Shown here in pieces: positions 10,654 to 20,963 of a stretch of DNA of 64,000 nucleotides. The translations under genes were made by a program, and so were the position numbers. Numbering within the stretch: the stretch's first letter is position 1; every line of letters begins with the position of its first letter. This stretch comes from Mageeibacillus sp. UBA5747 (GTDB lineage Bacteria > Bacillota > Clostridia > Saccharofermentanales > UBA5734): assembly GCA_002419145.1 (NCBI GenBank), contig DIFN01000081.1, positions 10,054-74,053 on the forward strand, given 5' to 3'. The notes below the pieces were generated by a model. That model did no database searches, was not told the DNA's origin, and saw only the letters and a list, made by a program, of their open reading frames with translations.

Positions 10654-11751
10654 ATGGCGATTCGAAAAGTTCTGGTTTTATTTGGTGGGGTGTCGACGGA
10701 GCATGTGATCTCGCTGCGCTCGGCTTTCAATATCATCGGCGGCCTGCGCCGGGCGGGCTACACGGTCCAATGCACCGGCATTGCCCAGAACGGTGACTGG
10801 CTGGCCTATACGGGCTCAGATGAAGCCATCCTCGACGGTTCCTGGGAAAAGCTGGCCCGGGAGCAGGCTGCCGGCCAATTGCCAGTCCCTGTGCGTTCGC
10901 CCCGTGAATTCGTCATCCAGTTCCATACCCAGCTGCCCGATGTCATTTTTCCAGCAGTCCATGGCATTAATAACGAAGATGGCACCTTGCAGGGTCTGCT
11001 GGAATTATCTGGCATCCCCTATGTCGGCTGCGGTGTCCTGGCTTCGGCTGCCGGCATGGACAAGCTCCATGCCAAAATGGTTTTCAAAGCAGCGCGGATC
11101 CCGCAGTGCCGTTATCTGGCCGTCAACCGGTCGGAGATTGAGCGCAACCCCGACAAGGTTGCCAGCCGTGTGGAAAGCAAGATTGGATTCCCTTGTTTTC
11201 TCAAGCCTAACCATGGCGGTTCTTCTGTCGGTACCCAGCGGGTCGATGACATTGCCAGCCTGACTGTCGCCCTCCATGCTGTCAGTCCGTTTGACAACCA
11301 GGTGATCGTCGAGGAGTTTGTGCGGGCTCGTGAGATCGAAGTGGCTGTGATGGGCAATGAATCACCCAAAACAGCCGTCATCGGCGAGGTGCGCACCCGT
11401 GAGTCGGTCGATTATTACGATTATGAAGCCAAATATTTCAAAGCGGATGGCGCTGAAGTCCTGGTCCCTGCCGAATTGCCGGCCGAGCTGGCGGCAAAAG
11501 TCCGCCGTCTGGCAGTCAAAGCGTACAAAGTGCTTGGCTGCAGAGGCTTGGCGCGGGTAGATTTTTTTCTCGAGCGCGACACCAACCGACTGATGATCAA
11601 TGAAATCAACACGTTGCCAGGGTTTACCCCGATCAGCATCTTCCCCAAGGCCTTTGCAGCTGCCGGGGTTCCGCTGGAAACCCTCGTAAAGAAATTGTGT
11701 CAGTATGCAGTGGCTGAGAAAAAGACCCGTACGAGGCAGGAACAAATATGA
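10654..11751 (+). CDS. ddl: D-alanine--D-alanine ligase
   Basis: MAIRKVLVLFGGVSTEHVISLRSA..., ATP-grasp motifs and NEINTLPGFT. Start taken at the ATG at 10654. Confidence 0.93.
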   Translation: MAIRKVLVLFGGVSTEHVISLRSAFNIIGGLRRAGYTVQCTGIAQNGDWLAYTGSDEAILDGSWEKLAREQAAGQLPVPVRSPREFVIQFHTQLPDVIFPAVHGINNEDGTLQGLLELSGIPYVGCGVLASAAGMDKLHAKMVFKAARIPQCRYLAVNRSEIERNPDKVASRVESKIGFPCFLKPNHGGSSVGTQRVDDIASLTVALHAVSPFDNQVIVEEFVRAREIEVAVMGNESPKTAVIGEVRTRESVDYYDYEAKYFKADGAEVLVPAELPAELAAKVRRLAVKAYKVLGCRGLARVDFFLERDTNRLMINEINTLPGFTPISIFPKAFAAAGVPLETLVKKLCQYAVAEKKTRTRQEQI

Positions 11752-12563
11752 ATTCCGCCCAGTTGCCGATTGGAGTGTTTGATTCTGGCCTGGGTGGACT
11801 GACTGTCCTGCGGGCCATCCACGAGCGGCTGCCCTTTGAAAACACCATCTATTTTGGTGATTCTGGCCGCACCCCCTATGGCACGAAGTCTAAAGACACC
11901 ATCATCAAGTATTCGCTGCAGATTGCACGATTTTTGCTGGAAAAAAAAGTCAAGATGATCGTGATAGCCTGCAACACAGCCAGCTCGTATGCTTTCGCTG
12001 CCGTGCGCAATTTTGCCCCCGTTCCGGTGATCGAAGTGATTACACCAGGGGCCCAGGCGGGAGCTGCTGCAACCGTCAACCAGAAAATCGGCATCATTGG
12101 CACCAAAGGTACGGTCAGCAGTGGAGTCTATGACCAGGCAGTCCGAGCCGCTTCCAATGACACCCCCCAGATCTTCCAGCAGGCTTGCCCTTTGTTTGTC
12201 GGGCTGGCTGAGGAGGGCTGGTGGGACCACCCGGTTAGCCAGGCTGTAGCCGATGAATACCTGCTGCCCCTGAAAAACGCCGGGATTGACACCCTGATCC
12301 TGGGCTGCACCCATTATCCGTTGCTTGTGCCTGTGATAGCCCGAACCATGGGTGAGTCAGTCCAACTGATCAATGCTGGCAGCAAGGTGGCTGCTCAGGT
12401 CGAATCCGTCCTGGCCGGCCAGATGTTGCTCAACCCTGGAACTGAAGCTGCCAGTCATTCCTACTATACCAGTGATGATGCCCGGCAATTCACGGAACTG
12501 GGCAGTGTTTTTATGGACCGCACCCTACATGCAGCTGGCAGCATCGATATCGAACGTTACTGA
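11748..12563 (+). CDS. murI: Glutamate racemase
   Basis: IGVFDSGLGGLTVL, IVIACNTAS and LGCTHYPL motifs. It overlaps the ddl stop by 4 nt. Confidence 0.93.
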   Translation: MNSAQLPIGVFDSGLGGLTVLRAIHERLPFENTIYFGDSGRTPYGTKSKDTIIKYSLQIARFLLEKKVKMIVIACNTASSYAFAAVRNFAPVPVIEVITPGAQAGAAATVNQKIGIIGTKGTVSSGVYDQAVRAASNDTPQIFQQACPLFVGLAEEGWWDHPVSQAVADEYLLPLKNAGIDTLILGCTHYPLLVPVIARTMGESVQLINAGSKVAAQVESVLAGQMLLNPGTEAASHSYYTSDDARQFTELGSVFMDRTLHAAGSIDIERY

Positions 12564-12575
12564 GGAAGGCCCGCC

Positions 12576-13007
12576 ATGATCCAGAACAATGCCATGATCA
12601 CCATTGAAGGCCAGCAATGGGGTGCGGATGAAGAACCCCAGATCATCCGCCTGACCACCGAAGGCCTGCTTTTTTTCAAAAACGACAGCTGGCAGGTTGC
12701 ATACGATGAAAGTGAAACGACTGGCCTTGATGGGACCCGCACCACCATCCGGGTTGACACGGATGGGACCGTCACCTTGCTTCGCAGTGGCAGCCATGAA
12801 ATGGAAATGGTTTTTGCCCAGGGCTGCCGCCACCTCTCCAACCTGCAGACGCCTTATGGCAATTTGGCCATCGGGATCTATACCAGCAAAGCCCAGGCTA
12901 CCCTGGGTGCAGCTGGCGGAGCCATCCACCTGGGTTATTCCATCGACATCAACGAGCAAGAAACAGCCACCCAGAAACTGGATTTGGAAATTCGCCTGAA
13001 AGGTTGA
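12576..13007 (+). CDS. DUF1934 (YwiB-like beta-barrel) protein
   Basis: 143 aa with a size and beta-rich pattern (..TTEG.L..K...W...YDESE.TG..GT.TT..V) typical of DUF1934. Confidence 0.65.
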   Translation: MIQNNAMITIEGQQWGADEEPQIIRLTTEGLLFFKNDSWQVAYDESETTGLDGTRTTIRVDTDGTVTLLRSGSHEMEMVFAQGCRHLSNLQTPYGNLAIGIYTSKAQATLGAAGGAIHLGYSIDINEQETATQKLDLEIRLKG

Positions 13008-13058
13008 CAGATATCTTCCAGTCTGTGATAATGTTGTTCGCGTGTTTGGAGGCGTCCT

Positions 13059-13577
13059 GTGCCGATTGATATCTTACCGATCTCACATCATACAGGTGAT
13101 TTCCTGGAACTCGATCTGGCCCCAGACTCAGCTGAGCTGGGTTTAGACCCTCAGGATATCGCCGGATTCTCGGCGATTCTGTTCTCAGGTCGGATCGAAA
13201 ACACTGGCAAGGGCAGTTATCGCCTGGATGGCAAGCTACATGCCACCCTGACCGAGCTCTGCGCCCGCTGCCTCGTCCCAGTGACCAGCGAACTGGCTGC
13301 TGCTGTCGATGAGGCTTACCGGCCAGGACTGGTTGCTACCAATACCGGCCTCGATGAGGAAGGCTATCGGTACGAGGGACATGTGATTGATATCCGTCAG
13401 GCACTGCATGACAATTTGCTGCTCTCTGAGCCGCAAAGGATCCTGTGCAGTCCAGATTGCCTGGGCTTGTGTCCAGTCTGCGGCCAGAACCTTAACCTGG
13501 GGCACTGCACGTGCGGGGATGACCATCCAGACCAGGAGTCACCCTTCAGTCTATTGAAACAACTGCTGCAGGATTAG
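13059..13577 (+). CDS. yceD: YceD/DUF177 family 23S rRNA accumulation protein
   Basis: CARCL...C..DCLGLCPVCGQNLNLGHCTC cysteine pattern, in the conserved position directly upstream of rpmF. Confidence 0.8.
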   Translation: MPIDILPISHHTGDFLELDLAPDSAELGLDPQDIAGFSAILFSGRIENTGKGSYRLDGKLHATLTELCARCLVPVTSELAAAVDEAYRPGLVATNTGLDEEGYRYEGHVIDIRQALHDNLLLSEPQRILCSPDCLGLCPVCGQNLNLGHCTCGDDHPDQESPFSLLKQLLQD

Positions 13578-13617
13578 CCGGACGCTAACCTGGCGCACAA
13601 CATGGAGGTGAATTGGA

Positions 13618-13797
13618 ATGGCAAATCCGAAACGTAAATGGTCCAAGGCTAGAACATCACGACACCGCTCACTCTGGAAACTGAGCATCCCGGGGCTCGT
13701 TGATTGCCCGCAGTGCCACACAAAGAAAATGGCACACAAGGTCTGCAAGGCTTGTGGCTATTATGATGGCCGCGAAATTGTCAAGGTGGCTCAGTAA
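13618..13797 (+). CDS. rpmF: 50S ribosomal protein L32 (59 aa; below the ORF-track length cutoff)
   Basis: Hand translation gives MANPKRKWSKARTSRHRSLWKLSIPGLVDCPQCHTKKMAHKVCKACGYYDGREIVKVAQ*. This shows the L32 N-terminus and a CxxC...CxxC zinc ribbon. GGAGGTG RBS upstream. Confidence 0.9.
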   Translation: MANPKRKWSKARTSRHRSLWKLSIPGLVDCPQCHTKKMAHKVCKACGYYDGREIVKVAQ

Positions 13798-13851
13798 GCT
13801 TCTTTTGACCCTTTGTGCTTTGCGAGAGGAAAACGGTAACAGAACGATGAC

Positions 13852-13888
13852 GCAGCGGGGATGAGTATTCGGACTCGCTGCTTTTTCT
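13852..13888 (+). terminator. Weak candidate terminator after rpmF
   Basis: GCAGCG...CGCTGC is a 6-bp stem with a large loop, followed by TTTTTCT. Confidence 0.3.
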
Positions 13889-13904
13889 ATGGAAGGGGAC
13901 TGAC

Positions 13905-15296
13905 ATGCCCAGGACAAAGGGCCAGCTGATCAGAGGCTGCCAGCCAGGCAGCATCGCAGAAGAACTGGACCTTGCAGCAGGAGACAAGCTGATCGCCATC
14001 GATGGCCAGCCGGTGCGCGATGTTTTTGACTATCGCCTGCGCCAGCTTGCCGAAGAACTCATCGTCCGGATCGAGCATCCGGACGGGTCTGTCGTCGATT
14101 ATGAAATCGAAAAGGACGAAGACGAGGATCTTGGACTGGAGTTTGAGGAGCCTCTCCTTGATGAATGCACCCACTGCCACAACAAATGTGTTTTCTGCTT
14201 CATCGACCAGCTGCCCAAAGGCCTGCGCAAGACCTTGTATTTTAAGGATGATGACCTGCGCCTGACCTTTTTGACTGGCAACTATGTCACCCTGACCAAT
14301 ATCACCGATCAGGAACTGGACCGTCTGATTGCCTACCGTTTTTCCCCGATGAATATCTCGGTCCATACCACGGACCCCGAGCTGCGGAAGCGGATGATGA
14401 AAAACCCCAAATCAGGCCAGATCATGGAACGCCTGGAGCGGATTGCAGCAGCAGGGATCGCCATCAACACTCAGATTGTGCTCTGCCCGGATTGGAACGA
14501 CAAAGAAGCCCTGGAAAAGACCTTGCAGGACCTTTCAGCTTTGCGCCCTTCTGTCCAGAGCATCGCCATTGTACCGGTCGGAGTCACGCGTTACCGCGAG
14601 GAAAATAATCTCGCCCCGATGCGATCCTTTACCGCACAAGAATGCCAGGCTGTGATCGAGACGGTTCGACGCTACCAGGAACGTTTCTTAGAAGAGGCAG
14701 ACAGGCGCATCCTGTATGCCTCGGATGAATTCTACCTGCGGGGAGGGTTAGCCTTGCCACCGGCGTCTGACTACGATGATTTTCCCCAGCTGGAAAACGG
14801 GGTCGGTATGGCGTCCTTGTTCTATTCTACGTTGGAGGCTTGCCTCTCGAACAGACACCCGATCCTTGCCAAGGCGCCTTTGTATTCAGAAAGTGCCCAC
14901 CGCGCAACCGCCGAACCGGGACAAGTCTGGCTTGCGACTGGAACCCTCGCTGGGCCGATCCTGGAATCAGCTGCCACGGCACTGAGCCAGGTCATGGGAT
15001 TTCCCATTGCCGCAGCTGTGGTCACCAATCACTTTTTTGGCGATACCATCACCGTCGCTGGCCTTCTGACTGGACAGGACATCATCCGCCAGCTCAAGCC
15101 GCGCGTGCAACCGGGCGATCAGGTCCTGATCCCTTCTTGCATGCTCAAGGCAGACAGCCCTGTTTTCCTGGATGACATCACCCTCGAAGCCCTGGCCCAT
15201 GAACTGGCAGTCGCGGTCCATGCCGTCCGGGCTGATGCTGAAGGCCTGGTCAGTGCCCTTCAGTGGCTTCAAGCAAAAAGGAGTGCACCCCTATGA
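13905..15296 (+). CDS. PDZ / radical-SAM-like / DUF512 protein
   Basis: An N-terminal PDZ-like segment (GSIAEELDLAAGDKLIAIDGQPV), a CTHCHNKCVFCF cysteine cluster and a long C-terminal region. The position upstream of der is commonly conserved in Clostridia. Confidence 0.75.
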   Translation: MPRTKGQLIRGCQPGSIAEELDLAAGDKLIAIDGQPVRDVFDYRLRQLAEELIVRIEHPDGSVVDYEIEKDEDEDLGLEFEEPLLDECTHCHNKCVFCFIDQLPKGLRKTLYFKDDDLRLTFLTGNYVTLTNITDQELDRLIAYRFSPMNISVHTTDPELRKRMMKNPKSGQIMERLERIAAAGIAINTQIVLCPDWNDKEALEKTLQDLSALRPSVQSIAIVPVGVTRYREENNLAPMRSFTAQECQAVIETVRRYQERFLEEADRRILYASDEFYLRGGLALPPASDYDDFPQLENGVGMASLFYSTLEACLSNRHPILAKAPLYSESAHRATAEPGQVWLATGTLAGPILESAATALSQVMGFPIAAAVVTNHFFGDTITVAGLLTGQDIIRQLKPRVQPGDQVLIPSCMLKADSPVFLDDITLEALAHELAVAVHAVRADAEGLVSALQWLQAKRSAPL

Positions 15297-16618
15297 GCAA
15301 ACCGATTGTTGCAATCGTCGGCCGGCCTAATGTCGGCAAATCCACCCTGTTCAATTATCTGGCAGGCGAACGGGTTTCGATTGTTGATGATGAGCCGGGC
15401 ATCACACGCGACCGGATCTATGCCGATGCCGAATGGCGCGGCCGAACTTTTTCGATCATCGACACCGGCGGTATTGAGCCCAAGACGGATGACATCATCT
15501 TGCGCTCCATGCGTGAGCAAGCTCAGATCGCCATTGATACGGCCGACGTGATTGTTTTCGTCGTGGATATCAAGGCCGGCCTGACAGCCGATGATGCCGA
15601 AATCGGCGAGATGCTCAGGAAATCTGGCAAGCCGGTTGTCGTCGGGGTGAACAAGGCTGACTTTGTCGGTGATACGCCGCCCGATGCCTACGAATTCTAT
15701 AACCTGGGGCTTGGCGATGTCTTTGCCATTTCCTCGGCCCATCGCCTTGGGATCGGCGAACTCCTGGACGAGGTCTTCGCCCATTTCCCGGACGCTTCTG
15801 AGCACGAAGGCGAGGAAGAACGGATCTCGGTTGCCGTGATTGGCAAGCCTAATGCTGGCAAATCCTCCCTGGTCAACCGGATCCTCGGCTTTGAGCGTTC
15901 GATTGTGACCAATATCCCTGGCACCACCCGCGACGCGATTGATTCAGACTTTTCCAATGACTATGGCAGTTACCGGTTCATCGATACGGCGGGTCTGCGC
16001 AAGAAAAGCCGGATTGATGAGAGTGTCGAAAAATACAGCATGATCCGCTCCCTGGCTGCGATCGAACGGGCACAGGTCTGCCTGATCCTGATCGACGCCT
16101 CCGAAGGGGTGACAGAACAGGATACAAAAGTCGCTGGCTATGCCCACAATGCTGGCAAGGCATCGATCCTGGTGATCAACAAATGGGACCTGATTGAAAA
16201 AGAGACCGGCACGCTGGAAAACTATGAACGCCAGGTGCGGGAGAAATTCCCTTTCATGGCTTATGCACCGATTGTGTTCATTTCAGCCAGGACTGGCCAG
16301 CGCGTCCATCGCCTTTTCGAGAAAATCAACGAGGTGTACAACAGTGCCAGCCAGCGTCTGTCCACTGGCATGCTCAATGACCTGCTCAACGAATCAACTG
16401 CCATGGTGCCTACACCTCAGGACAAAGGCCGCCATCTCAAGATCTACTATGGTACTCAGGTTGGCGTCCGCCCGCCCCAGTTTGTTCTGTTTGTCAACGA
16501 CCACCATTTGATGCATTTTTCCTACGAACGCTATCTGGAGAACCAGTTCCGCAAAAACTATGGCTTTGTCGGGACACCGATCTGGATCATGCTCCGCGAC
16601 AAGAACAAAGAAGATTAA
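15293..16618 (+). CDS. der: Ribosome biogenesis GTPase Der (EngA)
   Basis: Two tandem GTPase domains (GRPNVGKST and [25 protein letters not shown]) plus a KH-like C-terminus. Confidence 0.95.
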   Translation: MSKPIVAIVGRPNVGKSTLFNYLAGERVSIVDDEPGITRDRIYADAEWRGRTFSIIDTGGIEPKTDDIILRSMREQAQIAIDTADVIVFVVDIKAGLTADDAEIGEMLRKSGKPVVVGVNKADFVGDTPPDAYEFYNLGLGDVFAISSAHRLGIGELLDEVFAHFPDASEHEGEEERISVAVIGKPNAGKSSLVNRILGFERSIVTNIPGTTRDAIDSDFSNDYGSYRFIDTAGLRKKSRIDESVEKYSMIRSLAAIERAQVCLILIDASEGVTEQDTKVAGYAHNAGKASILVINKWDLIEKETGTLENYERQVREKFPFMAYAPIVFISARTGQRVHRLFEKINEVYNSASQRLSTGMLNDLLNESTAMVPTPQDKGRHLKIYYGTQVGVRPPQFVLFVNDHHLMHFSYERYLENQFRKNYGFVGTPIWIMLRDKNKED

Positions 16619-16633
16619 GGAGAACCTCCGAAC

Positions 16634-18481
16634 GTGTCAACAGAAATCAAGAATCTGCGTAACATCGCCATCATTGCCCACGTCGACCATGGTAAAACCA
16701 CTCTGGTCGATGTCATGCTCAAACAAAGCGGTGTCTTTCGCGACAATGAGCAAGTTGTGGAACAGGTCATGGACTCCAATGCGCTCGAACGTGAGCGTGG
16801 CATCACGATCCTGGCCAAGAATACCGCGGTCCGTTACGGAGATTATCGGATCAACATCGTCGACACCCCAGGCCATGCTGACTTTGGCGGCGAAGTCGAG
16901 CGTGTGCTCAAGATGGTTGACGGCGTGCTCCTGGTCGTCGATGCCTATGACGGACCGATGCCACAGACCAGGTTTGTGCTCAGGAAAGCCCTGGCCATGA
17001 AACTGCAACCAATCGTGGTCATTAACAAGATCGACCGGCCCGATGCCCGGCCACTGGAAGTTGTCGATATGGTGCTTGAGCTCTTCATCGAACTGGGCGC
17101 TGACGATCACCAGCTGGATTTCCCGATCATTTATGCATCTGGACGCAATGGCTATGCTTGCCTCGATCTCAAAGACATCGAAGGTGACAAGAAAGACCGG
17201 GCGGATTTCTACCCTCTCTTTGAATCCATCATCGAACACATTCCCTGCCCCAAGGGTGACCCTGAGGCCCCCTTGCAGCTTTTAGTCTCCAACATTGACT
17301 ACGATTCCTATATGGGCCGCATTGCGATCGGCAGGGTCGAACGCGGGACCATCAGCCAGAGCCAGACGATCACGGTCTGTAATTTCCTGGATTCTTTGAC
17401 CAGGAATGCCCGCGTGGTCAAGTTGTTCCGTTACGAAGGTCTGCACCGCACGGAAATCAGTGAAGCCCAGATCGGTGAAATCGTCTGTGTAGCCGGCATT
17501 CCGGAAATCAACATCGGCGACACTGTCTGTGCCCAGGGCGCTGCGGAACCCCTGCCGTTCGTCGACATCGACGAACCGACCATTGCCATGACCTTTTCGG
17601 TCAATGATAGCCCGTTCGCCGGCCGCGAAGGCAAGTTCGTCACCTCGCGCCATTTGCGCGAACGCTTGTTCCGGGAAATGGAAACCAATGTCTCGATGCG
17701 GCTCGAAGAAACAGACACCACTGAATCCTTTATCGTCAAGGGCCGTGGGGAACTCCACCTCTCGATCCTGATCGAGACGATGCGCCGCGAAGGCTATGAA
17801 TTCCAGGTCAGCAAGCCCAAAGTCATTGTCAAGGAAATCGATGGTGTCCTGAGCGAACCGGTCGAGATGGTCATGATTGATGTTCCGGAAGAATTCGTCG
17901 GCGCCGTCATTGAAAAGCTGGGCCGCCGCCGGGCTGAGCTGACCAACATGCTCCCCCCTGAGAAAGGATACTCCCGGCTGGAGTTCAATATTCCGTCGCG
18001 TGGCTTGATTGGCTACCGGACCGAGTTTTTGACCGACACCAAGGGCAATGGTATAATGAACAGTGTTATCAGCGGATTTGAACCTTGGAAAGGCGAGATC
18101 GAAACCCGGCCTCACGGCGTTCTCGTCGCCTGGGAATCCGGCGAAGCAGTGGCGTACGGTTTGTACAATGCTCAGGAGCGTGGCAGTCTTTTCATCGGTG
18201 CCGGGACCCCTGTCTATGAGGGGATGGTCGTCGGTGCCAATCCCAAGAATGATGACATTGTTGTCAATGTCTGCAAGAAAAAACACGTCACGAACATGCG
18301 CGCATCCGGCTCGGATGATGCTTTGCGACTCGTTCCGCCGGTTCTGATGAGCCTGGAGCAGCATCTTGAGTTTGTTTCGGATGATGAACTGATCGAAGTC
18401 ACCCCCAAATCGATCCGCCTGAGAAAGCGGATCCTTAATTCCGAAATGCGCGCCAAACAACGTTCGCGCAAAAACGACTGA
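16634..18481 (+). CDS. typA: Translational GTPase TypA/BipA
   Basis: [27 protein letters not shown] and NKIDR motifs, 615 aa, GTG start. Confidence 0.95.
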   Translation: MSTEIKNLRNIAIIAHVDHGKTTLVDVMLKQSGVFRDNEQVVEQVMDSNALERERGITILAKNTAVRYGDYRINIVDTPGHADFGGEVERVLKMVDGVLLVVDAYDGPMPQTRFVLRKALAMKLQPIVVINKIDRPDARPLEVVDMVLELFIELGADDHQLDFPIIYASGRNGYACLDLKDIEGDKKDRADFYPLFESIIEHIPCPKGDPEAPLQLLVSNIDYDSYMGRIAIGRVERGTISQSQTITVCNFLDSLTRNARVVKLFRYEGLHRTEISEAQIGEIVCVAGIPEINIGDTVCAQGAAEPLPFVDIDEPTIAMTFSVNDSPFAGREGKFVTSRHLRERLFREMETNVSMRLEETDTTESFIVKGRGELHLSILIETMRREGYEFQVSKPKVIVKEIDGVLSEPVEMVMIDVPEEFVGAVIEKLGRRRAELTNMLPPEKGYSRLEFNIPSRGLIGYRTEFLTDTKGNGIMNSVISGFEPWKGEIETRPHGVLVAWESGEAVAYGLYNAQERGSLFIGAGTPVYEGMVVGANPKNDDIVVNVCKKKHVTNMRASGSDDALRLVPPVLMSLEQHLEFVSDDELIEVTPKSIRLRKRILNSEMRAKQRSRKND

Positions 18482-18490
18482 TGAGGTAAT

Positions 18491-19648
18491 ATGCTGGACC
18501 GCCGCGTCAAACGCACTCTGATGACTGTCGTCACAATTTTCGTCCTGCTGGTGATTTCCGCCATCGGGTTCTATTTTGGCATGACCTATGTCATTTCACA
18601 GAATGCCCGCTTTGACCAGCTCGATGCCGAATTTCTCAAACCGGAAGGCGAAAATCAGTTTAAAATCAATAAGGATACCAAGGGCGCGATTGAAATCTAC
18701 ATCCCCCGGGCTGCGGATACCGCTGACATCGCCGAGATTCTCCAGGAGCGTAAGGTGATCGGCAATGCGCTGGCGTTCACGATCCTGTCGAAATTCAATG
18801 GCTTTGATGGTGCCTATCTGGCAGGAACGCACTATGTCACCAATGACATGAGCTATGATGAGATCATGTACATCCTGACCCAGAAACCCAACGCGGTCCG
18901 GGTCACGTTCCCGGAAGGCCTGACCTACAGCGAGGTCAAGGAACGTCTGGTCGCCGCTGGTGTCAGCTTCGATGAGCAGCGGCTCGACAGCCTGATGAAA
19001 AACCCCCAGCTTTTTATTGATTATCCGTTTGTCGCTGCGATCGACCCGAAGCCAGGTCGCGACTGGCTGCTCCAAGGCTATCTCTATCCGGACACATATG
19101 AGTTTGACATGAATACGGACGAGGAAACCATCCTCCGGACTTTCCTCAACAATACCCAGAAAAAACTGGACGAGAAGTATTATGACCAGGCCAAAGCCAG
19201 GGGTATCACCTTGGACGAGGCCATCACGCTGGCCTCCATTATCCAGGTTGAGACATCTCTCAATGAGGAGATGCGTACCATTTCCAAAGTATTCTGGAAC
19301 CGGCTCGATCGTGAGATGCCCTTGGGGACAGATACAACCATCAACTACATGCGCAAAGAAAAAGGCTTGGAAACCAAGCTCTGGCTGTCCCAGGAGGATA
19401 TCGACGCGATCACGGGCCCTTACAACACCTACACCCATCTGGGTCTGCCTCCCGGACCGATTTGCTCGCCGGGCGACATGGCGATCAAAGCTGCCCTGTG
19501 GCCAGCCAAACACGATTATCTCTACTTTGTTGCCAAAGGCGATGGAACAGGCAGCAGCGACTTCTCCTACACCCTGGAAGAACACCTTGCCAAGGTGGCC
19601 AAATACCAGGCGGCGGCTAGTCTGAATGACCAGAAAGCCAATGACTGA
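18491..19648 (+). CDS. mltG: Endolytic murein transglycosylase MltG (YceG family)
   Basis: N-terminal TM helix. The C-terminal region SIIQVETSLNEEMRTISKVFWNRL...YNTYTHLGLPPGPICSPG is typical of YceG. Confidence 0.9.
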   Translation: MLDRRVKRTLMTVVTIFVLLVISAIGFYFGMTYVISQNARFDQLDAEFLKPEGENQFKINKDTKGAIEIYIPRAADTADIAEILQERKVIGNALAFTILSKFNGFDGAYLAGTHYVTNDMSYDEIMYILTQKPNAVRVTFPEGLTYSEVKERLVAAGVSFDEQRLDSLMKNPQLFIDYPFVAAIDPKPGRDWLLQGYLYPDTYEFDMNTDEETILRTFLNNTQKKLDEKYYDQAKARGITLDEAITLASIIQVETSLNEEMRTISKVFWNRLDREMPLGTDTTINYMRKEKGLETKLWLSQEDIDAITGPYNTYTHLGLPPGPICSPGDMAIKAALWPAKHDYLYFVAKGDGTGSSDFSYTLEEHLAKVAKYQAAASLNDQKAND

Positions 19649-20915
19649 GGGTCTAGTACCCCCTTTCCCAGCTAAACGCCCCGAGCTATTGGCTCCAGCT
19701 GGTGACCGGAACAAACTCGAGACCGCCATCGCCTATGGCGCTGATGCGGTCTATCTGGGCAGCAAGTCTTTCAGCCTGCGGGCCCAGAGCAGCAACTTCA
19801 CCCTGGAAGAATTGGCAGATGCCGTCCGTTATGCCCATGATCGTCAAGTCAAAACGTACGTTGCAGCCAATATCCTGGCTCACCCACAAGACCAATCTGT
19901 TTTGCGCGAATTCTTGCGAGCCCTCCGACCGATCGGACCGGATGGCCTGATCATTTCCGATCCAGGCGTCTTTGTTCTGGCCAGGGAAGAGGCGCCGGAA
20001 ATCCCGATCCACATCAGCACCCAGGCTAGTGTGACCAACGCCGAATCTGTTCTCTTTTGGGCGCGCCAGGGAGCCAGCCGGATCGTCCTGGCTCGTGAGC
20101 TGGGCCTGGATGAAATCCGGGCCATTCGGGATCAGATTCCACCGGAGATCGAACTCGAAGGATTTGTCCATGGGGCAATGTGCATGGCCTATTCCGGCCG
20201 CTGCCTGCTGTCCAATTTCCTGACCGGGCGGGGAGCCAACCAGGGCGAGTGCGCTCAGCCTTGCCGCTGGGAATACGAAATACACGAAATCAAGCGCCCG
20301 GACCAGCCTCTGCTCCTGACTGAGGATGGCCGCGGTTCGTATCTGATGAATTCACGAGACCTGTGCCTGATCGAGCATATTCCGGCCCTGCTGGCAGCTG
20401 GCCTTTCGAGTTTCAAGATCGAAGGCCGGGTCAAAAGCGCTTTCTACGTGGCTACCGTTGTCAAAGCCTATCGCGAGGCGATTGACCAGTATCTGGCTGA
20501 TCCAGACCATTATGCGGTCGATCCAGCCTGGCTGTCTGATCTGGCAAAAACGGTGCATCGGCCATTTGACACTGGATTTTATTTCAGCCGCCCGGCTGTG
20601 GATGCCAAAATCTACCTCCAGGACACCCAAGTCCGAGAGGCTGCTGTTGTCGGTGTGGTTGAGGCCTATCTGCCGGACAGCGGCCTTGCTTTTGTCCAAC
20701 AGCGCAATAAAGTCAGTGCGGGTGAAACCGTCGAAATTGTGCCACCGAAAGGCCGGCATTTTGAAATTGAGGTCCAGGATATGCTGGACCTGGAACGGCA
20801 GCCAATCACCAGCACCCCACATCCGAAAATGTATTTTTTCCTGCCAGTTCCGGAACCCGTTGTGACTGGATCGTTTATTCGGCGACTGGGTGACAAAGAT
20901 ACCCCATCCAAGTGA
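19626..20915 (+). CDS. Peptidase U32 family protein (TrhP/YrrO-like)
   Basis: ELLAPAGD...AIAYGADAVYLG and the U32 core with a cysteine-rich segment (CMAYSGRCLLSNF...ECAQPCRW). The position after mltG matches the Bacillus yrrL-yrrO neighbourhood. Confidence 0.85.
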   Translation: MTRKPMTEGLVPPFPAKRPELLAPAGDRNKLETAIAYGADAVYLGSKSFSLRAQSSNFTLEELADAVRYAHDRQVKTYVAANILAHPQDQSVLREFLRALRPIGPDGLIISDPGVFVLAREEAPEIPIHISTQASVTNAESVLFWARQGASRIVLARELGLDEIRAIRDQIPPEIELEGFVHGAMCMAYSGRCLLSNFLTGRGANQGECAQPCRWEYEIHEIKRPDQPLLLTEDGRGSYLMNSRDLCLIEHIPALLAAGLSSFKIEGRVKSAFYVATVVKAYREAIDQYLADPDHYAVDPAWLSDLAKTVHRPFDTGFYFSRPAVDAKIYLQDTQVREAAVVGVVEAYLPDSGLAFVQQRNKVSAGETVEIVPPKGRHFEIEVQDMLDLERQPITSTPHPKMYFFLPVPEPVVTGSFIRRLGDKDTPSK

Positions 20916-20963
20916 TGGAACCTCAAAAGCCGGCGCAAATCGCCTTTTTGCACGAATAGACGT

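Noticed and set aside
17282-19729. 392-aa and 377-aa minus-strand ORFs opposite typA and mltG
   Set aside because: Both are fully nested antisense to genes with strong family signatures. They have no RBS and no recognisable domains.
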